Notes under the pieces: model-generated
Told to the model about the DNA's origin: nothing
Database searches by the model: none
The model's input: only the letters and a program-made list of their open reading frames with translations
Assembly (NCBI GenBank): GCA_951406725.2
Contig: OX597826.1
Span: 45,942,001 to 46,006,000, forward strand
Direction of reading: 5' to 3'
Length of the DNA: 64,000 nt
Source: Octopus vulgaris
Lineage: Eukaryota
Position numbers and translations under genes: made by a program
Part shown: piece after piece, positions 22,811 through 36,162 of the stretch
Layout of the letters: each line of letters starts with the position of its first letter
Numbering within the stretch: the first letter of the stretch is position 1

Positions 22811-25800
22811 CAAAGGTCACACACCATTCAATCAATTCTGACGATTAAAGTAAAGGTAAAGTTACCTTTTCGAGTCGTGCCGATTCATAAAGGCCGGTTT
22901 CCCGGTTTCAAAGGCGTATATATTCCCCTCCTGGACGAGACACCGGTCCGTCGCAGGATTACTCATTTTTGTCAGCTGAGTGGTTTTGAGCAACGTGAGA
23001 GGAAGTGTTATGCTCATGAACAATGCATCGCCCAGTAATCGGAACCACAATCTTACGATCTTGAGTCCAACACCCTAACCACTAAGCCATGCGCCTCCAC
23101 AATTCTGATGATTTCTAGAGTTGGATTTCCATCTCTGGCATTAAACCATTTAGTAATTTAGTTATCATGAGACTAATATATGACCATAAAATTGTTTCAA
23201 GTTTTGGCACAAGCCCAACAATTTTAGAGGTAGGGGTTACTCGATTACATCGACTCCAGTACTCAACTAATATTTACTTTATCGGCCCTGAAATGATGAA
23301 AGACAAAGTCTACCTCTGTAGAATTTTTGTTCAGAACGTAAAGAGCCGGAAGAAATATCGTTGGGGATTTTGTCCGGCGTGCTAACAATTCTTATTTCTT
23401 TATTGCCCACAAGGGGCTGAACATAGAAGGGACAAACAAGGACAGAAAAAGGGATTAAGTCGATTACATCAACCCCAGTGCGTAACTGGTACTTAATTTA
23501 TCGACCCCGAAAGGATGAAAGGCAAAGTCGATCTCAGCAGAATTTGAACTCAGAACGTAACGGCAGACGAAATACGGCTACGTATTTCGCCCTGCGTGTT
23601 AACGTTTCTGCCAACTCGCCGCCTTAAACTTATAATAATATTATAATTAAAGGTGGTGGGTTGGCAGAATCGTTAGCACGCTGGGATAAATTAAATACCA
23701 GTTGAGCACTAAGGTCGATGTAATCGGCTAGCGCCCCCTCCCCCCGTATTTCTAACTTTGTGCCAAATTTTGAAACTAGTAATATTATAATTAAGGCGGC
23801 GAGCAACTTCTTACGACTTTACATTCTGAGTTCGGTTGCCTCCAGGGCCGACTTTGCCTTTCATCCTTTTGGTGTCGATAAAATAAGTACCAATGAAGCA
23901 CTGGGGTCGATGCAATCGACCTAGATCCCTGCCCCGAAATTACTGGCCTTGTACCAAAATTTGAAGCCAATTTTATAATTAAAGTGGCGAACCGACAGAA
24001 TTGTTACCACATCAGAAAAAAATGCTTAGCGGCATTTCGTCCGTCTTCACGTTCTGAGTTCAAATAACGCCGAGGTCGACTCTGCCTTTTATCCTTTCGA
24101 GGCAGTAAAATAAGTACTAGTGAGGCACTGGGATCGGTGTAATCGACTTACACCCTCCCTCCGAAACTGGTGAGCTTGTGTCAAACTTTAAAACCAGTAT
24201 TAATATTATAATTAAATTAGACGCAAAGTCACGAAATCTTCGCTAACGGAACCTTCTTGATTAGTTTTTATTTTATCGATCCAAGAGGGTGAAATACAAG
24301 GTTAACCTGAGCTGGATTTGAATTTAGAACGTAAAAACACGCAATTATACACCGTAAACTGTTTGCTCCACCCCTCTACTCATTCTGTCAATCCATCACC
24401 CTAAATCGATATAATAGATAAACTCCCCTTCATTCATTAACTTTCCTACACAAGAATTCCATTATTTCTACATGAAATAATCATTCTTTTGGCTCTCAGT
24501 AATTGTAATACTTTAATGCATCATAAATTCAACGTTTTCCCCATTTATCCTTACAGATTTAATCAATCATTGGAATCTAGTTTAATATTTCTCTATCATA
24601 ACTTTCTCCTGCCATTCTCTCACCGTAATTCTGTTGAGGTTGTTAAGCTTTTAATATTTTTCTTTCTATATCTGCTGTGATTTCCATTCACAGTAACTAA
24701 CATTTTATATTGCAGCAGTCACTAATTGCAATTACGTGATTCCCAGTTTCCGAGTCGATAATTAAGAAACTAAACAATATCTTTTTCCCCTTTTTCTTCC
24801 GCATAATGAATTTTCTCCCGAATAAACAGAGCATCAGCTAAATTTTCTTCATCAGTAATAATCAATTTTGGAAGATAGGCTGAATGGAACTTTGGCAGAA
24901 ATAACAGAACACCAGATCCAACCTCGGGCATACGAACATGCTGTGTTCTCTCACTGTCTTTTCTACTGCTACTACTGCGGCCACTGATCCTCGGGCTCTG
25001 GTAGGTCTCGTGCAAGCTTCACTGAAAGACTCACGACTTGTTCAGCTCTTTTTTTCTAGTCAACCATATTGCGTCCACCACTCCAGACCTTCAACTAGCC
25101 ACTCTGCCTCATTTTTTCTCCCCCAAAATTCAACCCCTTGCAATTCCCCTCTTAATTATATTGTTCCTGCAGTCATCTATTTGCGTGGAGGCGCAATGGC
25201 CCAGTTAGAGCAGCGGACTTGCGGTCGGAGGACCGCGGTTTCGATTCTCAGACCGGGAGTTGTTTGTGTTTATTGAGCGAAAATACCTAAAAGCTCCACG
25301 AGGCTCCGGCAGGGGACGGGATGGCGACCCCTGTTGTACTCCTTCGTCCCAACTTTCTCTCACTCTCTCTCCCTGTTTCTTGAGTAACGCTGCGATAGAC
25401 TGGCGTCCTGTCAAGCTGCGGGGAACACATACGCCACAGAGACCGGTCCCTTGAGCCTGGCTAGGCTTGAAAAGGGCGACGAGAGTCATCTATTTGCTAC
25501 TGTTCAAGAGAAACGTCGAGCGAATGAATCTCGTCAGCCTCACCACAACAATCTCTTCAAATCCACCAACATACATACGTTTTCTTTTATAGCTTTGGGC
25601 CGATTAAAGCCTTGTAAGCGGATTTGGTAGGCGGGCACTTAAAGAATCCCGCCGTATAGATACATATATATATATATATATTTCTTTTTTACCCACAAGG
25701 GGATAAACACAGGGAGGACAAACAAGGACAGACAAAGTCGATTATATCGACCCCAGTGCGTTACTGGTACTTAATTCATCGACCCCGAAAGGATGAAAGG

Positions 25801-25901
25801 CAAAGTCGACCTTGGCGGAATTTGAACTCAGAACGTAACAGCAGACGAAATACGGCTACGCATTTCGCCCGGCGTGCTAACGATTCTGCCAGCTCGCCGC
25901 C

Positions 25902-25943
<42 letters not shown>

Positions 25944-25949
25944 TACACT

Positions 25950-25981
<32 letters not shown>

Positions 25982-25982
25982 G

Positions 25983-26060
<78 letters not shown>

Positions 26061-26246
26061 CTACAAACTTAGAAAATGGAGGAACATACTTAAATCAATC
26101 AAACATCAACCAACAGATGATACCCAATCAATACTTTATTACACCATTACATAACAGTAAAGGCATTATACAAAATATATTGTAAATATAATTAGACAAG
26201 GAAATAGAAATATAAAATATAAAATATAATATGTAATTATATCATA

Positions 26247-26361
26247 TCTGACAGCTGTTTCGGCAGTAAGGGCAAGCATGCCTCATTTAACCTATAAGCC
26301 ATATAAGGCAGGTATAAATGAGACATAAATTAACAAGGATGCCCCACGGCCTCTTCAGAGA
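26247..26361 (-). ncRNA. Hammerhead ribozyme motif with long stem II
   Basis: UCU-CUGAAGA-GGC..GUGGGGCA...UGCCCUUAC.GCC-GAAACAGCUGUC-AGA. Confidence 0.75.
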
Positions 26362-26666
26362 ATTTAATTTATTATAAGTGTGAAAAAAAAATTTTTTTAT
26401 ATACATATAAATATAAAAATATAAAATATAAAAACGTGTGCATAGACACCCATAATACTACATATATATATATATATACTCATTAATACAATAATACAAA
26501 ATAAACAAAACAAAATAAAACAAAATATATATCAATATATATTAATAAACACAGTTATTCTACATATTGGGCTAATAGTTCTAAAAACTAACACACAGGA
26601 AAATATATGCACACTCACATTTAAATTAAAATCAGACCTATACATGAAAAAAAAAATATATATATA

Positions 26667-26830
26667 TAGGCGCAGGAGTGGCTATGTGGTAGGTAGCTTG
26701 CTAACCAACCACATGGTTCCGGGTTCAGTCCCACTGCGTGGCATCTTGGGCAAGTGTCTTCTGCTATAGCCCTGGGCCGACCAATACCTTGTGAGTGGAT
26801 TTGGTAGACGGAAACTGAAAGAAGCCTGTC

Positions 26831-26871
<41 letters not shown>

Positions 26872-27104
26872 TATAAGTGTGTGTGTGTATATGTTTGTGT
26901 GTCTGTGTTTGTCCCCCTAGCATTGCTTGACAACCGATGCTGGTGTGTTTACGTCCACGTCACTTAGCGGTTCGGCAAAATAGACCGATAGAATAAGTAC
27001 TGGGCTTATAAAGAATAAGACCCGGGGTCGATTTGCTCGACTAAAGGCGGTGCTCCAGCATGGCCGCAGTCAAATGACTGAAACAAGTAAAAGAGTAAAG
27101 AGTA
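26667..27104 (+). mobile_element. SINE family A copy, followed by an extra 3' half to ~27388
   Basis: Full head, central (TA)n and conserved tail. Confidence 0.88.
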
Positions 27105-28134
27105 TATGTTTGTATATGTATGCGTGTATGTACGCATGTATATTTATGTGTGTATGTTTTTGTGTCTGTGTTTATGCCCCACAACCGCTTGACAACCGGT
27201 GTTAGTGTGTTTACGTCACTGTAACTTAGCAGTTCAGCAAAAATTACCGATAGAATAAGTACCAGGCTTAAAAAGGAAAATAAGTACTGGAGTCGATTCA
27301 TTCGACTAAAATTTCTCAAGACGGTGCCCCAGCATGGCCGCAATCTAATGATTGAAACAAGTCAAAAAATAAAAAAATAAAGATAAAACAGTTTTAGTCT
27401 AGCGCAAATTGAACATTGTGTGGAGTGAAGGGCAACGTCAGGACCGGAAGAGAGGGAGCAAGGGTGACGTCAGGAACAGAAGCCTCTTTTTTTCTGAGGA
27501 CGGTGAGGTGAAAGGACGCACGGATGGAGAGAATTTGAAAGAGAAAGAGAGAGAGAGAGAGAGGGCGAGTTACTGGCCAGAGGTTGGGGCAGTATACGCA
27601 TGAGAGTACATCCAATGAGTTCTTCTGACCCTTGTGAAGTGGAGCTTTATACTCTCTTCTGAATATGTCTCAAAGTAATAGCAATCGTATTTTTTGCCGT
27701 TTCTTCCACACAGGGGCATCGCGAGGATAAGACAGACGTAACTTACACAAAATTCTGTATTGTAGGAGTGAACTCGGAACCACGTAACACATCAGCACAC
27801 TTCTCAGTTTCACAACCATGCTGGCATAAATATGAAAAAAAAAATCGTCTCAATTTTACCTTGTAAGCATGGCCCTGGGAATAAGGTTTTCAGGTGATAC
27901 AAGCGCACCTCCTAAAATTTAATATTATTATTATCATTATTGTTCAGGACAAATATCCGTCGAATGTAAATAATAAAAATATAACCTTGTTTGTAAAACA
28001 TTTTGGACCTAGGTTTGCAACCCCTAAACAAATTTGGTTCCTGATCCGGTGCCTGAAAGTTTTACAACTTCTACTGAGAAGAAAAAGGTTATGTTTAAAT
28101 GAGCCGATAATTTTTCTTTCAGCTTAACTGTCGG

Positions 28135-28500
28135 TGTTTACATTATTTACATTCGACGGATATCTGTCCTCATCTTGTTTGTTGTTAATACAACGTTTCG
28201 GCTGATATAGCTTCCAGCCTTCTTCAGGTGTCTTGGGGAAATTTTGAACCTGGGTTCTCGTTCCTAAGGTATTTTTTCGATGTTATTATTATTATTATTA
28301 TCATTATTGTTCAGGTCACTGCTTGGAATCGAACTCGGAATCTTGGGGTTAGTAGCCCGTGCCCTTAACCACTACGCCATATGCCCGTGGAGGGTATATC
28401 AGTCGAAATGTTGTGTTAACAACAAAGAAGATGAGGACAAATATCCGTCGAATGTAAATAATGTAAATAATGTACATAATTCCTCATCTCTTAATATAGA
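28135..28500 (-). mobile_element. tRNA-headed, hammerhead-bearing short element with an inverted partial tail copy
   Basis: The minus strand from 28386 has A box TGGCGTAGTGG, B box GAGTTCGATTCC, (AAT)n, then CTGAAGA..GAAACGTT. 28389-28470 (+) is the reverse complement of 28135-28215. Confidence 0.78.
28187..28232 (-). ncRNA. Hammerhead ribozyme motif
   Basis: GACAC-CUGAAGA-A-GGCUG..CAGCC-GAAACGUU-GU(A/G)UU, with one extra A before stem II. Confidence 0.65.
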
Positions 28501-29531
28501 ACAAAGTTATATTTTGTTTTTATATTTATTTCTTTTCATTAAGAAGAAACCTAACTTCAGGCTTCTTTTTACAGGCTACCTTTTACACAGTCTCCTCTAA
28601 ACCCGAGAAAAATATGTAGGGGTGCAAATTTTAAGTTTGCAACTCCTCTCCTAATTGCCCTTTAAATCTCGCTAGACTTATCACTTAGTTTACATTAAAT
28701 ATACCAGTCCACTGAATAAAAACTAAGTCAAACACAAGCTAATGAAGGAACCACTACGTAGTTGATCGGCCTGGAGGCCATGCTTGCTTTCTTTAAAAAC
28801 TAAAAGAGCATATTTGATTATTTAGTCCTGAGTATGTACTTTTGGTCATAACATTCTTTGATCAGGGATGCCCTGGGACGAAACAATAACAACAACAGCA
28901 GTAACACTAGTCCTTTTTGTTTTAAGTTCAACTTCTGTCATAATCAACTTTGGTTTTTATTTTTTTTTTTTTTTTGAGTTCCCGAATTTTCTGGCCATCC
29001 ACTAGTGTCACCCAGTGCAGGTTTATGATTTCAATACGGCATGAAAACCAGGTTACCGGCTTTATGAGTCCAAGGGCTCGAAAAAGTAAAGAAAATAAAA
29101 CAAGATATGTGTGCGCTTTTATGGCTAGTGAACATTTCTGTAGCCAGCAGTATTGAGTTTAAGTCTTTCGCTCAGATGTCGGAAAGACGATGAAAAAGAA
29201 ACCACGGTAAACAGTTGTATATCCTGTTCTGAATTACAATATGAATTTGATGTATTTAATAATACTTTGGCACCAGCTGTTTGAAAGAGTATTATTTACT
29301 TTTAAGAACAAATTTAAATATATTGCAACATCGTTTCTCTCAAATACACTTAATAATTTTCAGTAACGGACGCCATACAGCTAAATGTAAACCACTTGGG
29401 AGTTAAGACTTCATTTAAAATGGCGTGGATTTTGACTGATTTTTTTTGTTAACACTCTTGAGAAAGGAATGAATATCACCACTCCCACGAAACGTAAGAC
29501 ATTTGTTTGCGGTCAAAGTATTCATTATTCC

Positions 29532-29567
<36 letters not shown>

Positions 29568-30291
29568 ATATATATTGTGCAATAGTAAGTGTACAGAAAT
29601 GAAATCACGGGAATACGATCGATATTGGAATAAATAAAATATTTGTGTGTCTGTTCAAATTGACATGTTAAGCTCTGAATTTCAATTAAGAAGATAAACA
29701 AGAAATAGAGTAGAAAGCAAATTAAAGAGGAAAAAAATGCTGCTTGAAGTTCACAGCCTCAGGGGGTTGACGTTTACCTAGATTTTCAAGTCGTTTTAGG
29801 ATGAAAATAAAAGACACTTTATTGTGTGATTATGAGGTCAGTTCGTCGCTGGGTTAATTTCTTGGCGTTACTAGAGGCTCATTTTCGACTGTACTGGAAC
29901 ATTAAAAAAAAAATCTTTTATTACTTGCTGAGTCAGGAGGAAGGAGCAATATCCATGACCTTTACAGACCTTTTGAGAGTGGTGAGTCTGTTACTATTAA
30001 TGTTCCAGTTTATCTCTTATAGATTAACGCCTGCAGGAAGGACATGAGCAGAGAGGAGATTCCGGGGTGGGGAACGATATTCTCTCTTAAATTTTATATT
30101 TTACTTGTTTCATTCAATAGACTGCGGCCATGCTGGGGCACCAGCTTGAGGAAATATTTTTCTAAGCCTGGCACTTATTCCGTCAGTCTATTTAGCTAAA
30201 CCTCTAAGTTACGGGGACGTAAACACACCAACACCGGCCGTCAAGCGGTTGTAGGGGACAAACACAAAGACACAGATACATACATACAATG

Positions 30292-30381
<90 letters not shown>

Positions 30382-30386
<5 letters not shown>

Positions 30387-31632
30387 TTGTTCCGAAAATA
30401 AGGGCCGCTCTAAGTGTTACTGTTTTGAAACGCAATTTTATCATAGTATTTTAATTATATTTTTGGTGAATTTCGACATACTTAATAACTGATGTATGCT
30501 CTTTAATAATTTTCTACTTATTTCAGACAGAAAACATTCTTGAAGCATAGACGCCCTTAATTTTGAACATGACAAAAAAGGACCTTCCCTTACTTTGCTT
30601 GCATGAGTTCAAGCTTGGGTCCAATGCCTCCCAAACTGCTACCAATCTCAACAGAACATGTGATCGCACAATACGAAAGTGGTTTCAGAATGTCCGTAGT
30701 GGTGATGAGGGCCTTGAAGATGAAGGAGGTAGAGTATGTTCATGCAGTCTTGACAATGAACAACTGAAAGTAGTTGTTGAACAACACCCAGGTCAAAGTG
30801 TCAGAGAAATGTCTCAGGAACTTGGTGTGGGTATTTCAACAGTCTCATACAATCTGCAGAAGATTGATAAGGTGAAAAAGCTCGATAAATGGGTACTGCA
30901 TGAGCTCAAGGAAAATTACAAAGTTCGGCGTTTTGAAGTGGGCTCGATGCTCTTTCTGCGAAACACCAATGATACTTTTCTTGACCGAATAGTCACTTGT
31001 GACTATTTATGATAAGTGTAAATGATCAGAGCAATGGCTTGATCGTGATGAGTCCCCCAAACATTTCCCAAAGCCAAAGTTGCATCAGTAAAAGATTATG
31101 GTGACTGTCTGATGGTCTACAATTGGTGTTGTCCATTAAAGCTTTTGGATGCCAATTAGAGCATTACAGCAGAGGTTTACTGCAATCAACTCACTGAAAT
31201 ACATGCTCACTTGCAAAAAAACGAGTCTTGCATTGGTGAATCAGCGTAACCCAATTCCTCTCCACGATAATGTAACGTCATATGTTGCAAGAATGACGCT
31301 GCAGAAAATCACAGACTTGGAATGCGAGACTTTACCACATCCTCCATATTCTCCTGATTTTTCACCCAATGACTACCATTTTCAAAGCATTTAAACGAGT
31401 TTTTTAGTGGTAAAGCTTTCAGGTCCTAACGAGAAGTGGAATCAGCTTTCAAAGATTTCTTAGCATCAAAGCCAATAAGTTTTTATCAACGAGGCATAAA
31501 TAATGTCATTGATCGATAGCAAAGATACATAGATTTTCACGGTTCATACTTTGACTAATCAAAACATTTCTGTTGTTAATTTTTCCAAAATAAAATTATG
31601 TTTCTGAAATTGGTCATTATTTTCGGAACAAC

Positions 31633-31636
<4 letters not shown>
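30382..31636 (+). mobile_element. Full-length decayed mariner transposon (1255 bp)
   Basis: TIRs TTAGATTGTTCCGAAAATAA / TTATTTTCGGAACAACCTAA with TA flanks. Transposase motifs WVLHEL, RIVTCD, HDN and PHPPYSPDFSPNDY, with stops and frameshifts. Confidence 0.95.
30563..31557 (+). pseudogene. Mariner transposase pseudogene
   Basis: Fragments 30563-31012 and 31149-31394 plus disrupted intervening frames. Confidence 0.9.
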
Positions 31637-31683
<47 letters not shown>

Positions 31684-34600
31684 GTACGACGGTTTATTTT
31701 TTCAGTTTCCAGCTATCAAATTCACTCACAAGGCTTTCGTCGGCCAAATACTAAAGTGGAGAAGATACTTCCCCGAGGTGCCACGTAGTGGGACTGAACC
31801 TGAAACTATGTGGTTGGGAAGCAAACTTCTTACTACACAACCACACCTGCGCCTATATTTTGGAGATGAACCCTGTATAGCAGTTAGTACAAGGCTGGGT
31901 GGGAATAATGGATACAACGGGAGTTGTTAGAGTGGAAGAGATAGTGCTCCGTGATCGCTGCAGGTCCTCAAAGACCGGTGAGGGCCTTGACGCCGTTAAT
32001 GTTCTGGTTAAGCTGCTAAATGTCAATACAATATCTGCTGGAATGATAAGGCTGGGGTAAGATTCTAGAAGAATGATGTTCGGAAGAGGAAAAATTTTGT
32101 GTTGTGGTTGCTGCAAGGTCGAGAGGGAGAAGTGTGGATGCAACAAGAATGGCGAAAGGTGAAGGGACGAGTGAGTAGGGGTGTATGAATAAAAGGAAGG
32201 ATTGATCTTTGGTGAAAACATATGGCTTAATGGTTAGAGTATTCGGATCACGATCTTAAGATCTCGAGTTCGATTCCTGGCGGTGAGTTTTGACCTTGAG
32301 CAAGACACTTTATTTCACTTTGTTCCAGTCCACTCGGCTATCAAAAATGAGCTGTAGCTGTATTTCAGCGGGCCATTCTTGTGGCATTCTGTGCCACGCT
32401 AAATCTCGCTGAGAACTACTTTAAGGGCACGCATGTTTGTGGAGTACTCAACCACTTGCACGTCACTATCACGAGTAGGCTTTTCTGTTGGTCGGATCAA
32501 CTGGAACTCGCATCGTCGTAACCGACAGAGTGCCCGGAGGTAGCCGTTAAGAATGTGATTTCACATCCTTAACAGTAATCCGTTCCTCCTCATAATTCTA
32601 CTCGTTCAGAGTTGACTACACAACGACCAATTACTTACTGACGTTTCCCCCCTACGCTGAACTTCTTACACTGACTTACCAATAGATATAATTCTTCACT
32701 TCAAGACCAACTATTTTGTTGAAAGCGTTCTCTTACAGGCGGCGAGCTGGCAGAAACGTTAGCACGCCGAGCGAAATGCTCAGCGGTATTTCGTCTGCCG
32801 TTACGTTCTGAGTTCAAATTCTGCCGAGGTCGACTTTGCCTTTCATCCTTTCGGGGTCAATAAATTAAGTAACAGTTACGCACTGGGGTCGACGTAATTA
32901 ACTTAATCCGTTTGTTTGTCCTTGTTTGTCCCCTCTATGTTTAGCCGCTTGTGGGCAATAAAAAAATAAGAAAGCCTTCTCTTAAGTTTTTACATGATCG
33001 CTAGGCCTTTTTAGTGTCGCAGCAAAATGATTCTTTCAGTTTTAAAATGGAATCCTGTCTTAAATCTAAAATCCTTGAACCGTAAACTAAATATTGTTTC
33101 GGGTTGTAGGAATTATGGTATCGGTTACCCTGTTTCTATGGCGATTAAGTGACCAAGAACACACACACACAAACCCACCTGAACGGGAAATCATTTCGTC
33201 GTAGGGTTTCTCATTTAAGACTGTGAAGACTGGAGTAACGTGAACAGAAGTGTTTTGTCCAATAATGCAACGCACTGTCAGGTCTGGGAATTGAAACCAC
33301 AATCTTGTGATCGTGACTGCAACCCCCATAACTATTGCGTCACTCGCCTTTGAAACGTATTCCTTACAATAAAGGCAACATGGCCACCGTTAGATGCCCG
33401 ATTGAATGATTGCCTTTCATCCTTTCAGGGTCGATAAATTAAGTACCAGTTACGCACTAGGGTCGATCTAATCGACTGGCCCCCTCCCCCAAAATGTCGG
33501 GCCTTGTGCCTTGAGCAGAAAAGAATACTTCTAATCATGGAGAGTCGTTGGAAGTATGTGTCATGCATTTTCTTGTTAGATCCGGTCAGAGAAATATCGA
33601 CTTTGCAAAGCTTATCTGTACCTATTAATGAATCGTCAACCAAAATAAAATATACCCAAGCTACACAAGATCAACTTCCCTTCCTCCATGTGGACCAAAA
33701 TTGTATAACCAAACACCCATCAAGTGTTTATATTATACGAGCAGTCTATTTATTTTGTAAAATTTTGTTAGATTTTCGAAATTAGTTCAGTCCTATTACG
33801 CAAGAAAAATTTTAATCTGAAGAACTATTTACAATTGGATGTGTTTTTTCTTACTGCTAGTGGAATAAACAAATGCATGTTTTAATTTAAGTTGACGAAA
33901 CACATTCAGTGAAATGAAGAAATGAACCATACTTAACATGTGCATACCAACTCATCTGCTATCAACACAGGTCTATGAATATGTGCGAGGTTTTAATGTT
34001 AACCAATGAGAATAAGTTACTTTTACGTTTTCCTTCTTCTCCTCCTCCATACCAAATTCCAAGTTAGCTTAAAAAGAAAAAAATACCCGAACATAAATTT
34101 TGCAGCTAAAAATAAAATTATTTTGAAATTCTTTCTTCGGTATCCATTTCGGATTGTGTAAAATGATGCGATAGATACGTGGCTAATGAATTACTTCTAT
34201 GGTAAATGATGTCTAAAGACACACACACACACACACACATTTACCGGTTTTAAACTTTATCACGTGGGAAGTTTACTTTGGCGCAAAGTCACTATAAATG
34301 ACCCAAGAAGTATAACAGAACTCTATTTTAATGAATAGTGGTAAGGAGGTAAAAAATGAAAATGTGTGTGTGTTTTGAGAATGTTCCAGATTATTCTGGA
34401 AGTGTAATGCCTTGGTTCACAGTTTCCAGGTTAACAGGATAGGAAATGAAATTTTCATTGTTCCCTGGTCTGAAGAAGTGCACGGGTTGAAATCATTAGC
34501 TATAAGTCTTGAATATTATCTTAGAATGCTAACCAGTTGGTAAGGGACCAACTATTGATCCAGTAGAGGTAGAATCCTCTGAGCAGGCACACAGCTTGAT

Positions 34601-35384
34601 TTCAGCAATTAAGATGAAAGTTATATATGTGTATGTTCTTTTTATTCTGTTATTGGATATGGTATTCTCAAGGCAAGAGTAGATCATCTTAATATGATGC
34701 GCATTAAAGAGTTTATGTTACATGTGTATGCTTGAGATATATTTCCTCATTAGTGATAGTAAAGTTTCTACAAATATTTCGTGTCTATATGAATTTTTTC
34801 TCTTATTTCTCAAATCAAAGGCACAACAAGAGTGGAGTGGAATCTGAGATTATATTTTGAGAAATTAGGACAAATTTTGAATGATGAAAATAATGTGCAG
34901 AATTTTTTTAGCCGAATTTACATTGAGAATTCTTATAGTCTGGCGATCCATCAAGCATTCTAAGCGTAGCTCTGTGTTTTAATGCACAAGACTCTTTGAG
35001 ATATTGTTATATTTTGGGACGGTCATTATTTTATTTGCCAAATAAACACATTCACTGTATATTCGTTCTTCACTTTAACTTTTTTATTGTTCTTATCGGG
35101 AATCTTGCAAAACAAATACATAATTGTAATCTCTTTGAGATGTTTCCCTGAATCAAAGTATTGCAGCAAGTACCGTTCCAGTCTTGTATACACACTATAA
35201 ATATTATACACACTGGTATTTAAATGTAAGGCTATTTCGTGTGTGTGTATTAATTGTGTACAGACGCACATATATACAAACATACAGGTTTTGTTGTTAC
35301 ATACAAGAAAATAGGAATAAAAACATCATCATCACTTTACGTCCGTTTCCCAGGCAGTATCAAATTACTAGACCAATTCATAAA

Positions 35385-35790
35385 AGTTAAAGAGAGAATT
35401 GTAGCCCAATTAATTATAAACAGAATTAGACCTGATGAGATGCGAATTGGTATTGTACCGTGAGAAGTACTACTAATGCTATCTTCCTAGTGAGACAGCT
35501 GCAGGAGAAGTATAAATTATTTAGCTAACAGTATACCATTGTACTTGGAATCCACTGACCTGGAGGAAGCCTTCAACTAAGCCCTTTGCTTTGTGAGAAA
35601 ACTAGAGGAAGTGGAATGGCACGTGAAAGCTTGGCAACATCACTAGCTCTGGTGTGGTACCAGAAAGTGCATCAAGTAAACAATGTAAAGTGGTTGACAT
35701 TAAGAAGAGTATCCAGCCGTAGAAACCATGCCAAAGTTTGACACACCCCTGTGGTTTACCAGATCCTGACAAACCGACTAACCCATGCCA
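35385..35790 (+). mobile_element. RTE-clade LINE remnant (RT fragment fused to 3'UTR)
   Basis: ERIVAQLI..DEMRIGIVP..STTNAIFLVRQLQEKY..DLEEAF, followed by the GTGGTTG..CCAGCCGTAGAAAC..AACCCATGC tail seen in many downstream repeats. Confidence 0.65.
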
Positions 35791-36018
35791 TGATATACAT
35801 GTATGTAGGTGTATATGTATGTATGCATGTATGCTTCAATGTATGTATGCGTGCTTCAATATACGTATGTGTGCATGTATATAAAAAAGCCCTCACACTA
35901 TAAGTATACTGTCTTACAAAATGGAATATCTTTCTTTCTCCCTCACTATATATATGTGTGTGTTTGTATTTAAGTACATGTGTGTGTGTTTATACACAGG
36001 CATATTATGTACAATACT

Positions 36019-36080
<62 letters not shown>

Positions 36081-36162
36081 GGTGTATGCATATGTGTGTG
36101 TGTATACATCCACACACACATATATTCATATACATATATGCAAATATATATACACGCAAGAA

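Noticed and set aside
24770-25015. 81-aa minus-strand ORF in non-repetitive sequence
   Set aside because: No recognisable motif or convincing splice context.
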